Origin: Eledone cirrhosa
Lineage: Eukaryota
Direction of reading: 5' to 3'
Length of the DNA stretch: 64,000 nucleotides
Assembly (NCBI GenBank): GCA_964016885.1
Contig: OZ024741.1
Span: forward strand, 356,314,001 to 356,378,000
A program made the position numbers and the translations under genes. Under the pieces are notes generated by a model. The model worked only from the letters and a program-made list of their open reading frames with translations. It was not told the DNA's origin and did no database searches. This document shows positions 39,066 to 51,621 of this stretch, piece by piece. How positions within the stretch are numbered: the first letter of the stretch is position 1; each line of letters begins with the position of its first letter.

Positions 39066-39698
39066 TTGTTAAGTTATGTTCCAAACACCAGATTAATAAT
39101 GAAAAAAATATTTTACTAAATCACTATAAATTATTTTCAAAATTAATTGAAACAAATAAGTAGTGTAATTCTTTTGAAATGGGATCATAAACGGATTAAC
39201 TTTATCTCAAATTATTGTGAGTGAATTGAGGTATGCGTTATTTTTCTGAGATAATATATGGCATATATACTTGGTTGTCATTTGCATATATGTCTCACAC
39301 ATGTCTAAGTCATTTTTTTTCCGCACAAGATGTCATCAACGTATATTTGCTTACAATACAATTGATATAAAGTGAATGTTGATATGACTAATCTGCCCTG
39401 TATAGCTGATCATTTGCCTGTGTGTGCATTTGTATACATGTATTAGTGGCTGCTTCAAATTTGAAGCGCAGAGCAAAATTTGCTAGTTGAGTTGTGCCTT
39501 TTCAGGCCTGAATTTCTAATATATACAGCATTTAATTAAGAGGTAAATTTATAAAATTATTATCTTAGCAGGTGAAACATATCCCTTATAAAAAATTGGC
39601 TAATACCTTTGGGAGAAAATGAAGATGTTGATAAAATATGTAAATTGGTTAATATTAGTTACAAAATGTTTAAATAGTTTATAATAATTATCGGTAAT

Positions 39699-39901
39699 TC
39701 AAAACTCTTCAGTGAGGTGTTCGGTTGGGTTCAGTCCAGAATGTAGTGATAATTCATCCCTCCAAGCCCAAGCCATTCGCTCAGTACTAAAATTGATAGC
39801 AACTTCTCCAAATTTATTTAAAACAATAGCTCCACCACAGCCATTGACTCTGTTCAGCATATAATTAATAGCTTCTTTAGCTGCTGCATTGGGATCAAAT
39901 C
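39699..39901 (-). CDS. ASRGL1: Isoaspartyl peptidase/L-asparaginase, last coding exon
   Basis: Poly-T acceptor tag. GFDPNAAAKEAINYMLNRVNGCGGAIVLNKFGEVAINFSTERMAWAW...EEF*; the phase fits the previous exon. Confidence 0.88.
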
Positions 39902-41339
39902 CTAAAAAAAAAAAAATTAAAATATAAAAAATGTTCTTATCAAAAACAAGATTAAAAGAAAGATTTATCCATATAATCGTAGGACAAAATCCCTTGCAGT
40001 ATTTGTTGTCTTTCTACACTCAAATACTGCAGAGATCAATTTTACCTTTCATCTCTTTGAGGTTGATAAAGTACTAAGCCATAGCAAGGAATTGGTGGAA
40101 TGTTTAGAATATCAGATAAGATCCCTTGCAGCATTTGCTCTGGTTCTTTGCATTGAGCTCAAATCCTGATATAAACTTGGGTGATAGACTTACTCCATTA
40201 CCTGGTTTAAGTCAAATACCTGACCCTGGGGTGCTTTTAGCAGAGCCCATTCTGATATAAATATTCAGGCAAAGTATCCAGTTTCAGGATAATGTTCCTC
40301 CTTCACCCCACTAATCTCAAAGGCCTTGAAAAAGGTCATGAGCACTGCCCTGCCTTTCCTGACTAAATAGAAAAACAAAAGTCATATGGGCATTAGGGCA
40401 TCAGACTAGATTGTGGAGGTTGATTGTTGTCAGTTTGAGCTTAAATCTGTTCTACTTCATTAGAAGTGGATGGAATCCAAAGAGTAACAAATTGTAGAAG
40501 GATGTGAATAATATTGTACATGAAAGAAATGTCTAAGATAGCTATAGTTATCTGTACAGAGAAACACAGGTATACTTTGCTGGGAATTGCAGATAAATAC
40601 ACTAACTAGAGCAACACAGGTATGCTTTTCTGGGAGGTAACCAGACCTATAAATCTATCAACAAAGTTGCCGTGGGTAAATTCCTTATTTGGTCATTATT
40701 AAAGTGGTATTTGAAAAATTTTGAAATCATCAATCTCTATTTGACTAATAATTAAAGGAATGTTCTGCAAGAAAAACTATACATGTTATTATGACAAATA
40801 AACCCTTTTGATACTAACCTGCCCAAAACCACTTTTCATTCTCTGAAACAAAACCACCCATCTTAAAGGTGTTCCTATTTAAATTAAAATCTTGCAACAT
40901 AACTTTATATATAAGAACCTCTTATTAAGATATGTTACAACTATTTTAATGAAATATTTAATAATTTTAGTAAATCCCGCCAAAGTTTTCATTAATTAAT
41001 TCAAATACAATGTATTTCATTAGAAATATGGTAAAAGAGCTAAACTTGGTAACTTTTATACATCCTTTTTGTTGTAAAACTAAGTATAATTTTTATTGAC
41101 AAAACACAGAGTCATTATAATGGGAATAATAAAGGTGTATTCTTGGCTCCCAAATAATAAGGGGTTGGAATAAGTGGGGTAGGGGGAAATCGGTAATTTT
41201 TCTAGGTTGTTTCTGTTGATTTTAAAAAAAAAACAGAATTAGTCGTTTAGTTTACATATTGAAACCCCCAAGCCATCCTATTTATTTTATAATGTATGGG
41301 ATTTCTAGTAATGTACTTTTTTTGTCATGTATAATACGC

Positions 41340-41830
41340 CAGTTTGGCCAACAGCCTGAGGGAAGCCAACTTCCGAATCAAAGGTCTCGCCATAGAAGTT
41401 GGAGACAGAGGCTTTAAGGGCAAATCTGCCTACAATCTCATGAAACAACTCTCGGTCTCTGGGAAGACAAGGACCAAAGCCCTTAAAGCAATATCAGAGG
41501 CAGCGGAAAGGGGTTCAGTGTTGGCAACAGTATGTTGACGTTTCACTGCTACCATGACAATAACATTATTTTCCAATTCAAGGAAGCATTTAAGTATAAG
41601 TTTGAAAGCAGAGACAATGGAAAATAGTTTCAGCTAGATCCTGTCAACAAAATCTCCATACAGTTTAAGTAAACAGCAAGCCTCCAATTTCAGAATGGCT
41701 AAATGTCAGCAGAAAGGCATCCAGGAGTCATAACCTGGATGCGGCCCAGCCTCCTTAGAGTATAAGAAGTTAAGGGCTGAAACACTTGCTTGAGAGGGGT
41801 TTCTTCTCTAAAGACCTTCTGCTGTTCTCC
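41340..41830 (+). mobile_element. HERO/NeSL-like (restriction-like endonuclease) non-LTR 3' fragment
   Basis: AIEVGDRGF...ALKAISEAAERGS resembles the EVGxRGF...AAExxS C-terminus of these elements. Confidence 0.6.
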
Positions 41831-42028
41831 TGAGAGTTTCTTACTACTTTTAATGTATGTAGAAAATGAATTGTTGCAGGAATGCTACTACTTAAAATAA
41901 AATTCCACTGGATAGATTAGCAAAATTTTATAAGTGTAGGGAGGGGGATGAGGGGGGGGGGGGGGGGGGGGCATTATTCAAGACCCGTGAGTACAACTAT
42001 TACAGAACACATATGATTATTCCATTAC

Positions 42029-42139
42029 CTTGGTCCAAAAGATAGACTATATGTTTAGCAAGACACACTTTTGATATAGCTTCCCCATGTCCAGTTGTTG
42101 AGACTGCACCTGTATTATTATCAGCATATCCACCAGCAC
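42029..42139 (-). CDS. ASRGL1: Isoaspartyl peptidase/L-asparaginase exon (111 nt)
   Basis: ag/gt borders; GAGGYADNNTGAVSTTGHGEAISKVCLAKHIV. Confidence 0.92.
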
Positions 42140-42229
42140 CTGCAATAATAAAGAAATTGGAAAATTAAAATATTTTATTCAAATATATCTAAAAGTTAGT
42201 TAAAGTCTGTCCCAAGTTTGGAAGCTTAG

Positions 42230-42470
42230 CAAGCTGGTGCTTATCCCAGTTTGACTGGCGTAAACCAACTGAGAGTACAAGATACATCCTTGAACAGGAT
42301 GCTAGTCCATCAGAGGGTTAAAATCCTCAGCTGTTGCTGGTACTCATTTTCAGTTGAGGTGACTGGAGCAAATTAAAATGAAGTGTTTTGCTCAAGAACA
42401 CATTGCACCACCTAGTCCAAGAATCAATATCATGACATTACAATTGTAAGTTGAACACCCTAACCACTAA
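42230..42470 (-). mobile_element. tRNA-derived SINE, degenerate
   Basis: Minus strand: agtggttagggtg A-box-like head followed by a gtgttcttgagcaaaacact body. Confidence 0.5.
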
Positions 42471-43665
42471 TCTATGACAGGAAGAACAGAAACAAATTCA
42501 CAAAAAAAAATATATTCATTGTATGTAGAGTTCAATTTGATAAATTAATTACCTTTATAAACAACAGTCAGAGGTTACAGAGTTTGGCAACTGAACAGAG
42601 ACAATATAGGGCTTAAAAAAACTATTCAGTCTGGCCAAGCATGTGACAACCTCTCTTCTAGTACTATGATAAAATGCACCCAATATACATTGTAAAGTAT
42701 TAATGTTGTTACCACAATAAAATGCTAATAGTCTATCAAAGCCCTGAAACCATAGACACCATAACAATGTGTTTTTATGCTCGAAATGAACAGCTTAATC
42801 AATGTTTTTAAATCACCTCCTAGTTGACTGAATATATTGTAGCATCTAATGGACATAAGGATTGCAGTTGTCTGATAGAAAACCCATGCATATATGTCTC
42901 ACACACATCTAAATCATTTGTGTTTCTGCACAAGATATCATCAACATATATTTGTGTATAGGTTTCCTAGAGGTTGGCAACTTTTGTTAATGAGGTGACC
43001 TAATCAGTAGTTAGGGAAGATGCTCTCAACATGTGGTAGCCAGGGTAAAAATAGGCTGGAGGAAATTTAGGGAACTAATACCCTTGCTTACAACAAAGGG
43101 CTTTTCTCTCCAAGTGAAGGATAGATTGTATGATGGCTGTATGTGAACTGCAATGTTACATGGTAATGAGACATAGGCCTTGGCTTTAACTGAGAGGTCA
43201 GTGGTTCTGCTTGAGTACTGACTTGTTCTGTAAAGATCCATCCAACCTTTACTAGCAGGGAAGATGGATCTTTGATGATGATACATGCACATAGTTTGCC
43301 CTTCATAAAAGTAGGAATTCATCTGCTGTAAATACCAAAACCTATTATTTTAGTTACTATTTTTACTACTACAACTAGTAGCTTCACTATCTATATTAAT
43401 TAGGTAATTTAATTAAAAAGAAGTTCATTTACTCATGTTATGTTTTTAGTCACACCAATATATATAGTTTGTAAGTGTTATTTTCCTGATACTATCCTTA
43501 AAACTAACACATTATCACATTGGTTGAACTTCCATTCCTAATATTTATTTTCTGTTAATCACAGAGCATTCTCATTTCCCTAGGAATATTGGTTCCTTTA
43601 ATCAATCCCAGGGGCTCTATATTTTTAAGAGAAGAAATAAAAACATTGAATAAATTAGATGTTAC

Positions 43666-43787
43666 CTATTATGGGACTATCACCGACTCTTCCAGGTCTT
43701 TTGGCTGTGATCCCACCAGTGGATGTACCACAAACTAGATTGCCAAACTTATCAAGTGCAACAGCACCAACGGTATTGTGGCCTTCA
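43666..43787 (-). CDS. ASRGL1: Isoaspartyl peptidase/L-asparaginase exon with the Ntn nucleophile Thr
   Basis: [41 protein letters not shown]; tag/gtaac borders; phases are consistent. Confidence 0.93.
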
Positions 43788-46261
43788 CTAAGAAATGGAA
43801 TTTAAACATAAATGCAATATCATTTCTCACAAATATTCAAGTTTAATTAATTTTTTAAATAACTTCTCAAAATTAGAATTATTTATGCACAATGTAACAA
43901 TTTATTTATACAAAAGATATCAATGGAGGTTTTTAGCAACTTCTTATTTTTCTATTTCATATTACTTTTGGAAAGGAAAGGAACTGATTGTCAGATCAAA
44001 CCAAGGAAACATGTTTTCATTGGTCTTCCATTGCTGATAGTACATCAGTCACAACAGAAGTGTTACCACTTTTCTGGCATCAGGAGATGGGATTTGAACT
44101 CAGAATGCACAGAAGTGGAATAAACACTTCAAAGCATTCTCTCTGATGCTTTAACAATTCCATTAATCCACTGCTCCTAATATTTATTAATTCCAAAAAA
44201 GATAAAAGGTAAAAAGACCTCAATGAGATTTAATTCAGAGTGCAGAGAGCCAGAACAAATGGAATGGACCCCTGCTTGTTTATTGATGAATTTTCTAGTT
44301 GCTCAATCAACAGAACAGCCTACTCATGAAATTATCATGTAAGTGGCTGAGCATTCCACAGACATGTAATTCTCAGGGAGATTTAGCATGATTGATTGAC
44401 AAGGCCAGCACTTTGAATTACAGGCACAGTCCACTGACAAGCTTCCAAACAGTTTCTGACTGCCTGATTTCACTCATAAGGCATTAGGTCAAACTGAGGT
44501 TATAGTAAATGAAATAAGTCCAAGACACCATGCGTTGGGAGTGAACTCAGGATTTAATGATTCTTAACCATTTGGCCATGTTGTGTTCACTAAAACAAAT
44601 ACCAAGGTATTCAATCCAACATTCTAATGACTACCAATTTGCCACCTCATTACTTTAACTGCTCAAATAAAGATCAAAGAGTAAAGGAAGAACACAGTTT
44701 CAGATATAGCAAGTGAAATTGTATTGATTTTCATTTAACAATGTCTTTATTGAAATTTACTGACTATGTATTAGTATAGATGGAAGCAAACTACCAAGCA
44801 AAGACTACTGTAGGAAGACAAAGGGGGAAAGAAAAACAACTAAAAAAATAAGTCAAATCAGAATGGGAGATGAAGCAAATTAGTTACCACTTTTAAGGTT
44901 ATTTTCCTCACTAAAGCAATGGTTAGCCTTACAGGCTACATTCCTCCCTCACCAATCCCCTGGATTTCATTTCCTCCTCTATCTTTAGTTATATTTTTAT
45001 TGGTCCTCCTCTTCTTGCACTCCCTTCCCTGTTCATTTCCATCACTCCTCTCACCCAGTCACTTTCATCATCCCTCAACATAATACCCAGCCAGGTACAC
45101 TGTATATCTGCATCATGGCACCAGGAAATGAATCCTGCTGTAAAACAGTGCCTCAAAAAGGACCCTAAGAAGCAAATTAGTTAATATTTAATATAAAGCT
45201 CCAACCCTAACAGAATAGTTAATTAAACCTGAACAGTGCAGAGTTTAAATGTTACCACATGCAGTGGTAAAACTCTAGTCTATTTGCAAATTATATTTGT
45301 TTCAATCTGTCTAGATAAAAATAAATACTCTCCAACATCACAGTTGAGTAGGTGATAGTATTAGAAAAGACATCCAGCAACAGAGTTAAAGTTTATCACA
45401 AATACAGTAGTTCATCAGATCAGAGCTTATTCTGGATCCATTGGCTCTTTTGTTATATTTCTAATGAAAGACATTACCTATAATTTTGAAGGCTAAAATA
45501 TAGATACAGTGAAAACTTATCTATGAAGACAAAATATGTTATTAGTAGTCTAAAAGTCCCATATTAATCTTTAATATCACATCTAAAACAAATATAGGCA
45601 TATAATCTGGAATGATCAGATCTAAATGTTTACATTTTTAATTTTTACTTTACATAGACAATTTGTTATGGTAGAATAAAATCAAATGTCATCTTAAGAA
45701 TATAAGAATGTAGCAATCATACAACAGCTCCAACAGAACATTACAGAAGTAGCCAACCTCTGATGGCATTAAAAATATATAAAAAAATAAATATTCCTTA
45801 CAAGAAAGAGTTTTTTTATTTTTATATACACAAATTGTAACTAATTACTAAACACATAAAAAAATGTTTAGATCTTATAATTTACCCTTTTGTGCAAATA
45901 TTTCTAATGAAATATATTGGAATTTTGAAAATAAGATACATGGTCTATGGTTTCCCATTGGTTTTGAAAATAGCCAAGAATTTGACAGGATTTAGTAAAA
46001 TAACTCTCATTATTTAAACTGTGTTTTGAACATAACTTAAAAGTTATTACATAAAATTATGATGAAAGTTTTTTTTAGATTAATATAAACACTTTCAGGA
46101 ACAGTTTCAGGTGGTTTGGTTTGGTATCAAAACAGTTGACCTTTTTATGCACACATTTCTAATGAAATATACTGTCCATCGTTTCAATTAATTTTGAGAA
46201 TAATCATTCACGAATGATCAGAAAAAGGAGGCCTGGAAATGTCATTTCACGAATGATCAGA

Positions 46262-48068
46262 AAAAAAAATCAGAAAAAGGAGGCCTGGAAATGTCATTAT
46301 GAGAGACTGATGAATATGGAGAACAAATGGGAGAGAGAGAAATTACCCTCAGTAGATCCGACAGAGGGACCAGCTATTGAGATTGACGAATATAGGGTCT
46401 AAGAGGCGATTAAGGAAATGAAAAATGGTAAGGTTGCTGGACCGTCGGGAATAGTTGCTGAGATGCTGAAGGCATCAGGGGATGTAGGCACTAAACTGGT
46501 TGCACGCATCATCAATCAGGCTATATATGGTGGTGTCATACCCAAAGACTGGTGCAGCAGTATTCTCATAAATTGCTACAAAGGTAAAGGGGATGCTCTG
46601 GAGAGGAGCAATTATAGGGGTATAAAACTGATGGATCAGGTTATGAAAGTGGTAGAAAGGATATTAACACAAATAATTAGAGAAAGGGTCAAATTAGATG
46701 AGATGCAGTTTGGTTTTGTGCCTGGGAAAAGTACAACAGATGCCCTTTTCTTGGTGAGACAATTACAAGAGAGGTTCTTAGAGAAGAATAAGCCACTATA
46801 CTTAGCCTTTGTTGACCTAGAGAAGGCCTTTGATAGGGTACCCCGATCTGTCATCTGGTGGTTCCTAAGGAAACTAGGTGTTGAGAAATGGCTTGTGAGG
46901 ACAGTGCAAACTTTGTACAGAGGTGCTGTCAGTAAAGTTAGGGTAGGAATGGAGTTTAGTGAGGAATTCCAGATACAAGTAGGAGTACATCAAGGTTCAG
47001 TCCTCAGCCCGCTCTTGTTCATTATAGTCCTCCAAGCCATAACAGAGGAGTTTAAGACTGGCTGTCCATGGGAACTTCTCTATGCTGATGATCTGGTTCT
47101 TATAACAGAATCAGTAGAGGAACTAGAGAATAAATTCTGGCTATGGAAACAGCAGTTGGAAGCAAGAGGACTGAGAGTGAACCTAGCTAAGACAAAAGTG
47201 TTGATTAGAAAAGAAGACAAAACTCTGATTCTGTCAGGGAAATGGCCATGTTCGTTATGCAGAAAAGGAACTGGCATAAATTCTATAAAATGCACACAAT
47301 GCAGATCCTGGGTACACAAGAGATGTAGTGGGATAGCAGGCAAACTAACAAGTAGGGAGAAATACGTATACAGTAGATGTACAGGGAAATTAGACAGTAG
47401 AAGTCACATTTTTCAAATGTAGGCGGATGCTATAGAAGTGGTGGATAGCTTCCGGTACCTAGATCAGATTAGCATGGGAGGGGGAGGGGGGGGGGGGGGG
47501 GGTCCAAGGCCATAGTATCTAGAATAATGACGGGTTGGAAGAACTTTAGGGAGCTGCTTCCTCTGCTAACGAAGAAGGATTTCTCCCTGCGTACGAAAGG
47601 CAGGTTATATGATGCCTGTGTGAGGAGCGCGATGCTGCATGGTAGTGAGACATGGGCAGCAACCGCAGAGGATATGTGACGGCTGGAGAGAAATGAGGCA
47701 AGCATGCTCCGTTGGATGTGCAATGTCAATGTGCGTGAATGGCCCAGCATAAATGTGTTGAGAGAGAAACTGTGTCTGAGAGGGATAGAATGTAGTGTGC
47801 GAGAGAGAAGACTGAGGTGGTATGGACATGTGATGCGCATGGAGGATGACCAATGTGTGAAGAAGTGCCAGGAAATGCCAGTTGAAGGAAGACGTGGTAG
47901 AGGTAGACCACGAAAAACATGGGCGGAGGTGGTGAGAACAGACCTCAGATCGCTGAAGCTCACGGTGGAGACGACGAAGGACCGTGACAAGTGGAGAGAT
48001 GCTGTGCTGAATAAGACCCATCCCACCCTTGCAAGCAGGGAAAAGTGGACGTAAAATGATGATGATGA
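46262..48068 (+). mobile_element. 5'-truncated RTE-clade LINE (RT domain to (GAT)n tail)
   Basis: ORF 46418-47422: NYRGIKL, QFGF, FVDLEKAFDRV, GVHQGSVLSP, YADDLV; then [12 protein letters not shown]...GRPRKTW; tail tgatgatgatgat. Confidence 0.92.
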
Positions 48069-48329
48069 TATATGTATAAATCAGTGGCGAAGGGTAACCT
48101 GGAAAGCAAGGCATGCAGTCCAATCACCATGGCGGAAAGTGGGGCTGTGCAGCCTTACCCCCCCCCCCAATTCCCTCTAAATAACCCTCCCGGTCAAAGC
48201 CGCATGTAGTGTTAACAAATAATTATAGAGTAAAATAAACTGTTATGAGTGTGTCAATCAATGTTTGCATGCATGAAAGAGTGTTTGTACATCTATATAT
48301 CAAAATAACAATGACACTGATGGAGTACC

Positions 48330-48985
48330 AAGACCCTCACTACTGCGCATGATTGACAGCCACCCAGACCTCTTTCTGTTGAGGAACTGCTTTGCCATGC
48401 CGAAGCTCCTCTATACCCTTTACAGCGCTCCATGCTACAGCCACACATCTCTCCTCGTTGACCTCGATACTTGTATCCGAGCAGCAGCTGAGGAGATATG
48501 CAACGTCAGGTTTGACGACATTGGATGGCAACAGGCCACCTTACCTGTATGATGGCCTTGGCCTCTGGTCCCCGACCTCACTGGCTTTGACAGTGTTTCT
48601 TTCGTCGGTAACCTTATGGCTCATCCTCATCAGCAGAGTTGTCCAAAACACAATGGAACCCTCCGTGATCGAGGAATGTGAGGCTGCTTGCAAGACGTGG
48701 GACTGGCTGGAACTTAGCCCAGGAAAAGTCCCTCCTCCTTCTCCCCCTGCTAACATCAAGTCCCCTCAAAAGCATTTGGGGTGTCATCCAGTGCAGCCTG
48801 GCCTCAGACAGGATCACGCACCAGCTCAACCAGCACCCTCTTGCCTGTTTTCGTGCAGCCTCCAAACCCCAGTGGTGCCTGGCTCCTTCCTCTCCACTGG
48901 CACGCAGCTGGACAACAATAGCCTGCACATTGGTATTTCCCTGGGCTTGGCCTCCGGATCTGCGAGCCACACAAATGTCGCTTTC
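48330..48985 (+). mobile_element. Fragment of the CRE-like retroelement, inverted relative to the copy at 51622-53910
   Basis: LFLLRNCFAMPKLLY...WQQATLPV...LDNNSL.IG, homologous to about 52245-52830. Confidence 0.8.
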
Positions 48986-49059
48986 AGCTAGAATGTGAAC
49001 GGTTAGTTGGATGGAATGTCAAGGCAGAGATGTCTTTTCTGAGCGTCTACAGTTCATAA

Positions 49060-50550
49060 TAACCTCTGATTTGAGGAGGTTGAAGTGTTATTTTTTAATT
49101 TCATAATTTCAGTGAATTCTGGAAGGCATAGGCCACAATGTTATTTTACCTATTGAGTATGGCACAGCTTGTATGAGAATGATCCATTCAATTTTGAACA
49201 TCCTGTTGCTATCTTTATGGCTCCAGATTAAGTCAGCTAACCATGTGGTGGAGCTTTTGTTCCTGTTACTGAAGGAGCTTGTGATTATTTATGTAATTGC
49301 ACCTTAATTGTTGTGAATATGAGACTGATATATATGTATCACAGCATCACACTGGTAGATGATATTTTTGGCGAGGCAATCATTCCTTAGCAGGCATTCT
49401 TTATTCTTCAGGCAGTTGTATTTTCTGGCCAACACACCACTCATCAGTCACTCAGTGTTAATGTTGGATTGTTCAATAGTTACCTGTCGTTTTGCGATTT
49501 CACCGTTGGCTTGCAAGGTATGCCTATGTGTTATGTTATTGTGGTCGGTCAAGTATTGGTGTGTGTGAGTGTCAGTGTATGCTTTCAATTTGGTCCTATT
49601 TATAGAAACTAGTGTCAGCTAGATTTAGTGTAGTTGAAAGAGAATTTTACAGTGTATCTGATGAAGAGACTGGTACCTGTGTAACGATGGAAAAGAACTG
49701 TCCAGAGCCTTGAAGAAAATGATGGGATATTGGTCAACATGTCTCAAGTTAAGGGCATTGAACCATGTCATGGGTTTACTGCAACTCCTGGGGGTGTCTT
49801 CTACAGTTATTGCCATCTAGGTTGTTACTACAGATGTTATTATTAGTCTCAGTGATGTGGTTTGCATTGTTATTATGGTTGGTGTTTGTGTTGTCACAAT
49901 AATTAGTATCTCCTATGTGGTAGTTTTGATTCTTGATATTGTTAGGGCTTTCTATAGTATTACCTTCAGGGCTCTTGTTGTAGGCTCATTTGATCTTGAT
50001 GCGATTGTTTCCTATGGTATTTTCGCTATATTTGAAGGTCTTATGTCTGTCAACAGTATTGTAGCAATCTATGCTTAAGTTGTGGCTTCATCTAAGTGCC
50101 TATATATTGTCATTACTGGGGGGAAAGGTTGATTATCATTCTCATTACTGTTATATTTATCATAGTTCTAATTGTATTTGTTTTTATTTTTATCTGCTGC
50201 GGAAGTTGATTTTACTTCTAAATTTATTTATCATCATGTATTTATTGTGTGTGTTATTATGGACTCTGTTCGGTGGTACCATGTATTTTTGTCTGGATTT
50301 ACTACCTGGTACATTGTTGGAGGGATATAGTTAGCTTGCCACTCACCTTGTTAGATTTAGGTGCATTATAAGTCCTCGAACAAGTTTGGTGTGCTGTTTC
50401 ATCATTACTATTATTGTATTGAATCTCCTCATATCCTGCCCTAGCGTGTTGATTGAAGATAGAGTATCTACACTTTTGGCGAAGAAATCTATTAGAAATA
50501 TTCTTAACTACGGCGTTAACCCCTTGCACCCTAACTACAAGTATAGTCAT
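49060..50550 (-). mobile_element. Highly decayed Hydra-like PLE, C-terminal part
   Basis: MTWFNALN...FFKALDSSFP..HRYQ and CLLRNDCLAKNIIYQC resemble the 818-aa ORF; VVKNISNRF...FNQHA..RAGY. Confidence 0.6.
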
Positions 50551-50989
50551 GACATTAAAATGTCAATGAAAGTCAAAGCACGCCGTAAGTCATTTGTTTA
50601 CATTTCACATTGGTAGTCGAATCTCGACTATAGGCATTGTATGTGGGGTACTCGTGTCTGATATAAAATACTCAGTGATTGAATGAATTAAGAGAGTGTT
50701 TTTTGATTAAACCAATCAGAGTGTTTTACAAATTATTTTTGAATAAAAAAGGCACATTGCAATCAATTATTCCCTTTTTGAGCGAGAGAGACAGTGGCAC
50801 ATTTTAATAATGATCATTTATATCACTAAATATGGCGTGAGAAAGTGAAAACAAAACTTTTTTCAAAGGTTTTACTGAAATTGATTTAGTTGAAGCACAA
50901 AAAAATACAATTTTTTTATTGAAAATAAACAGAATTTATTAGACAATGATTTAATGTGGAATCGTTTCTGTCTCTAATTAGGAAGTGTA

Positions 50990-51352
50990 TTTTTTAAATG
51001 ATAATTTATTCTGGCTGCCAGGGATCAGAGAATTGATTACAAGGGACAGACTGGACAAACTGAACCAGTATTTCCATATTTCAGATGTTACCAAGAATCC
51101 AGCATGTAATCAACTTGACTACGACAAACTTGCTGATGTTTGGTCATTGATTGAAAGGATATATGGGAACTTGAAGTCACAGTACAGTCCACACTGTGAA
51201 ACATCAATTGATGAAGGTATGGTTGTTTTCACTGGATGACTTGGCTTCAAACAATATCTTCCACCGAAGCCTACAAAGTGTGGGATAAAAGTGTGAATGC
51301 GAGCTAATCCACACAACAGCTATGTAAACGACTTCCAAATTTATACAGGAAT
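50990..51352 (+). mobile_element. piggyBac transposase fragment
   Basis: RDRL...YFHISD...DKL...SIDEGMVVFTG*LGFKQYLPPKPTKCGIKV...YV.DFQIYTG. Confidence 0.82.
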
Positions 51353-51621
51353 GCCTCTGGAAAAAATTTTCCAGGTTCAGGGTGCTATGACTTAGGGCAA
51401 AAGAGAACTTGCAAGCAGTGTTCCAAACAAAATATTAGAAAGGAATCAAAAACAGGCTGTGAGCAATGCAAGGTAAATGTCTGTTATTTACTGTTTCAAG
51501 CCCTATCATCTGGAACATTTCCCATAAAGGTATGTTTTCTGCCGTCCCTTGGTGCAACCCAACCGGCTCGTGCTACGAAAGGAAGCCCGCGGCATTTAAG
51601 CCAGGCTTTGTGGGAAGTGAC

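Noticed and set aside
41715-41825. Hairpins and GAAAC downstream of the HERO-like fragment that suggest a structured 3'UTR or ribozyme
   Set aside because: Core nucleotides are not intact, so no fold can be supported.
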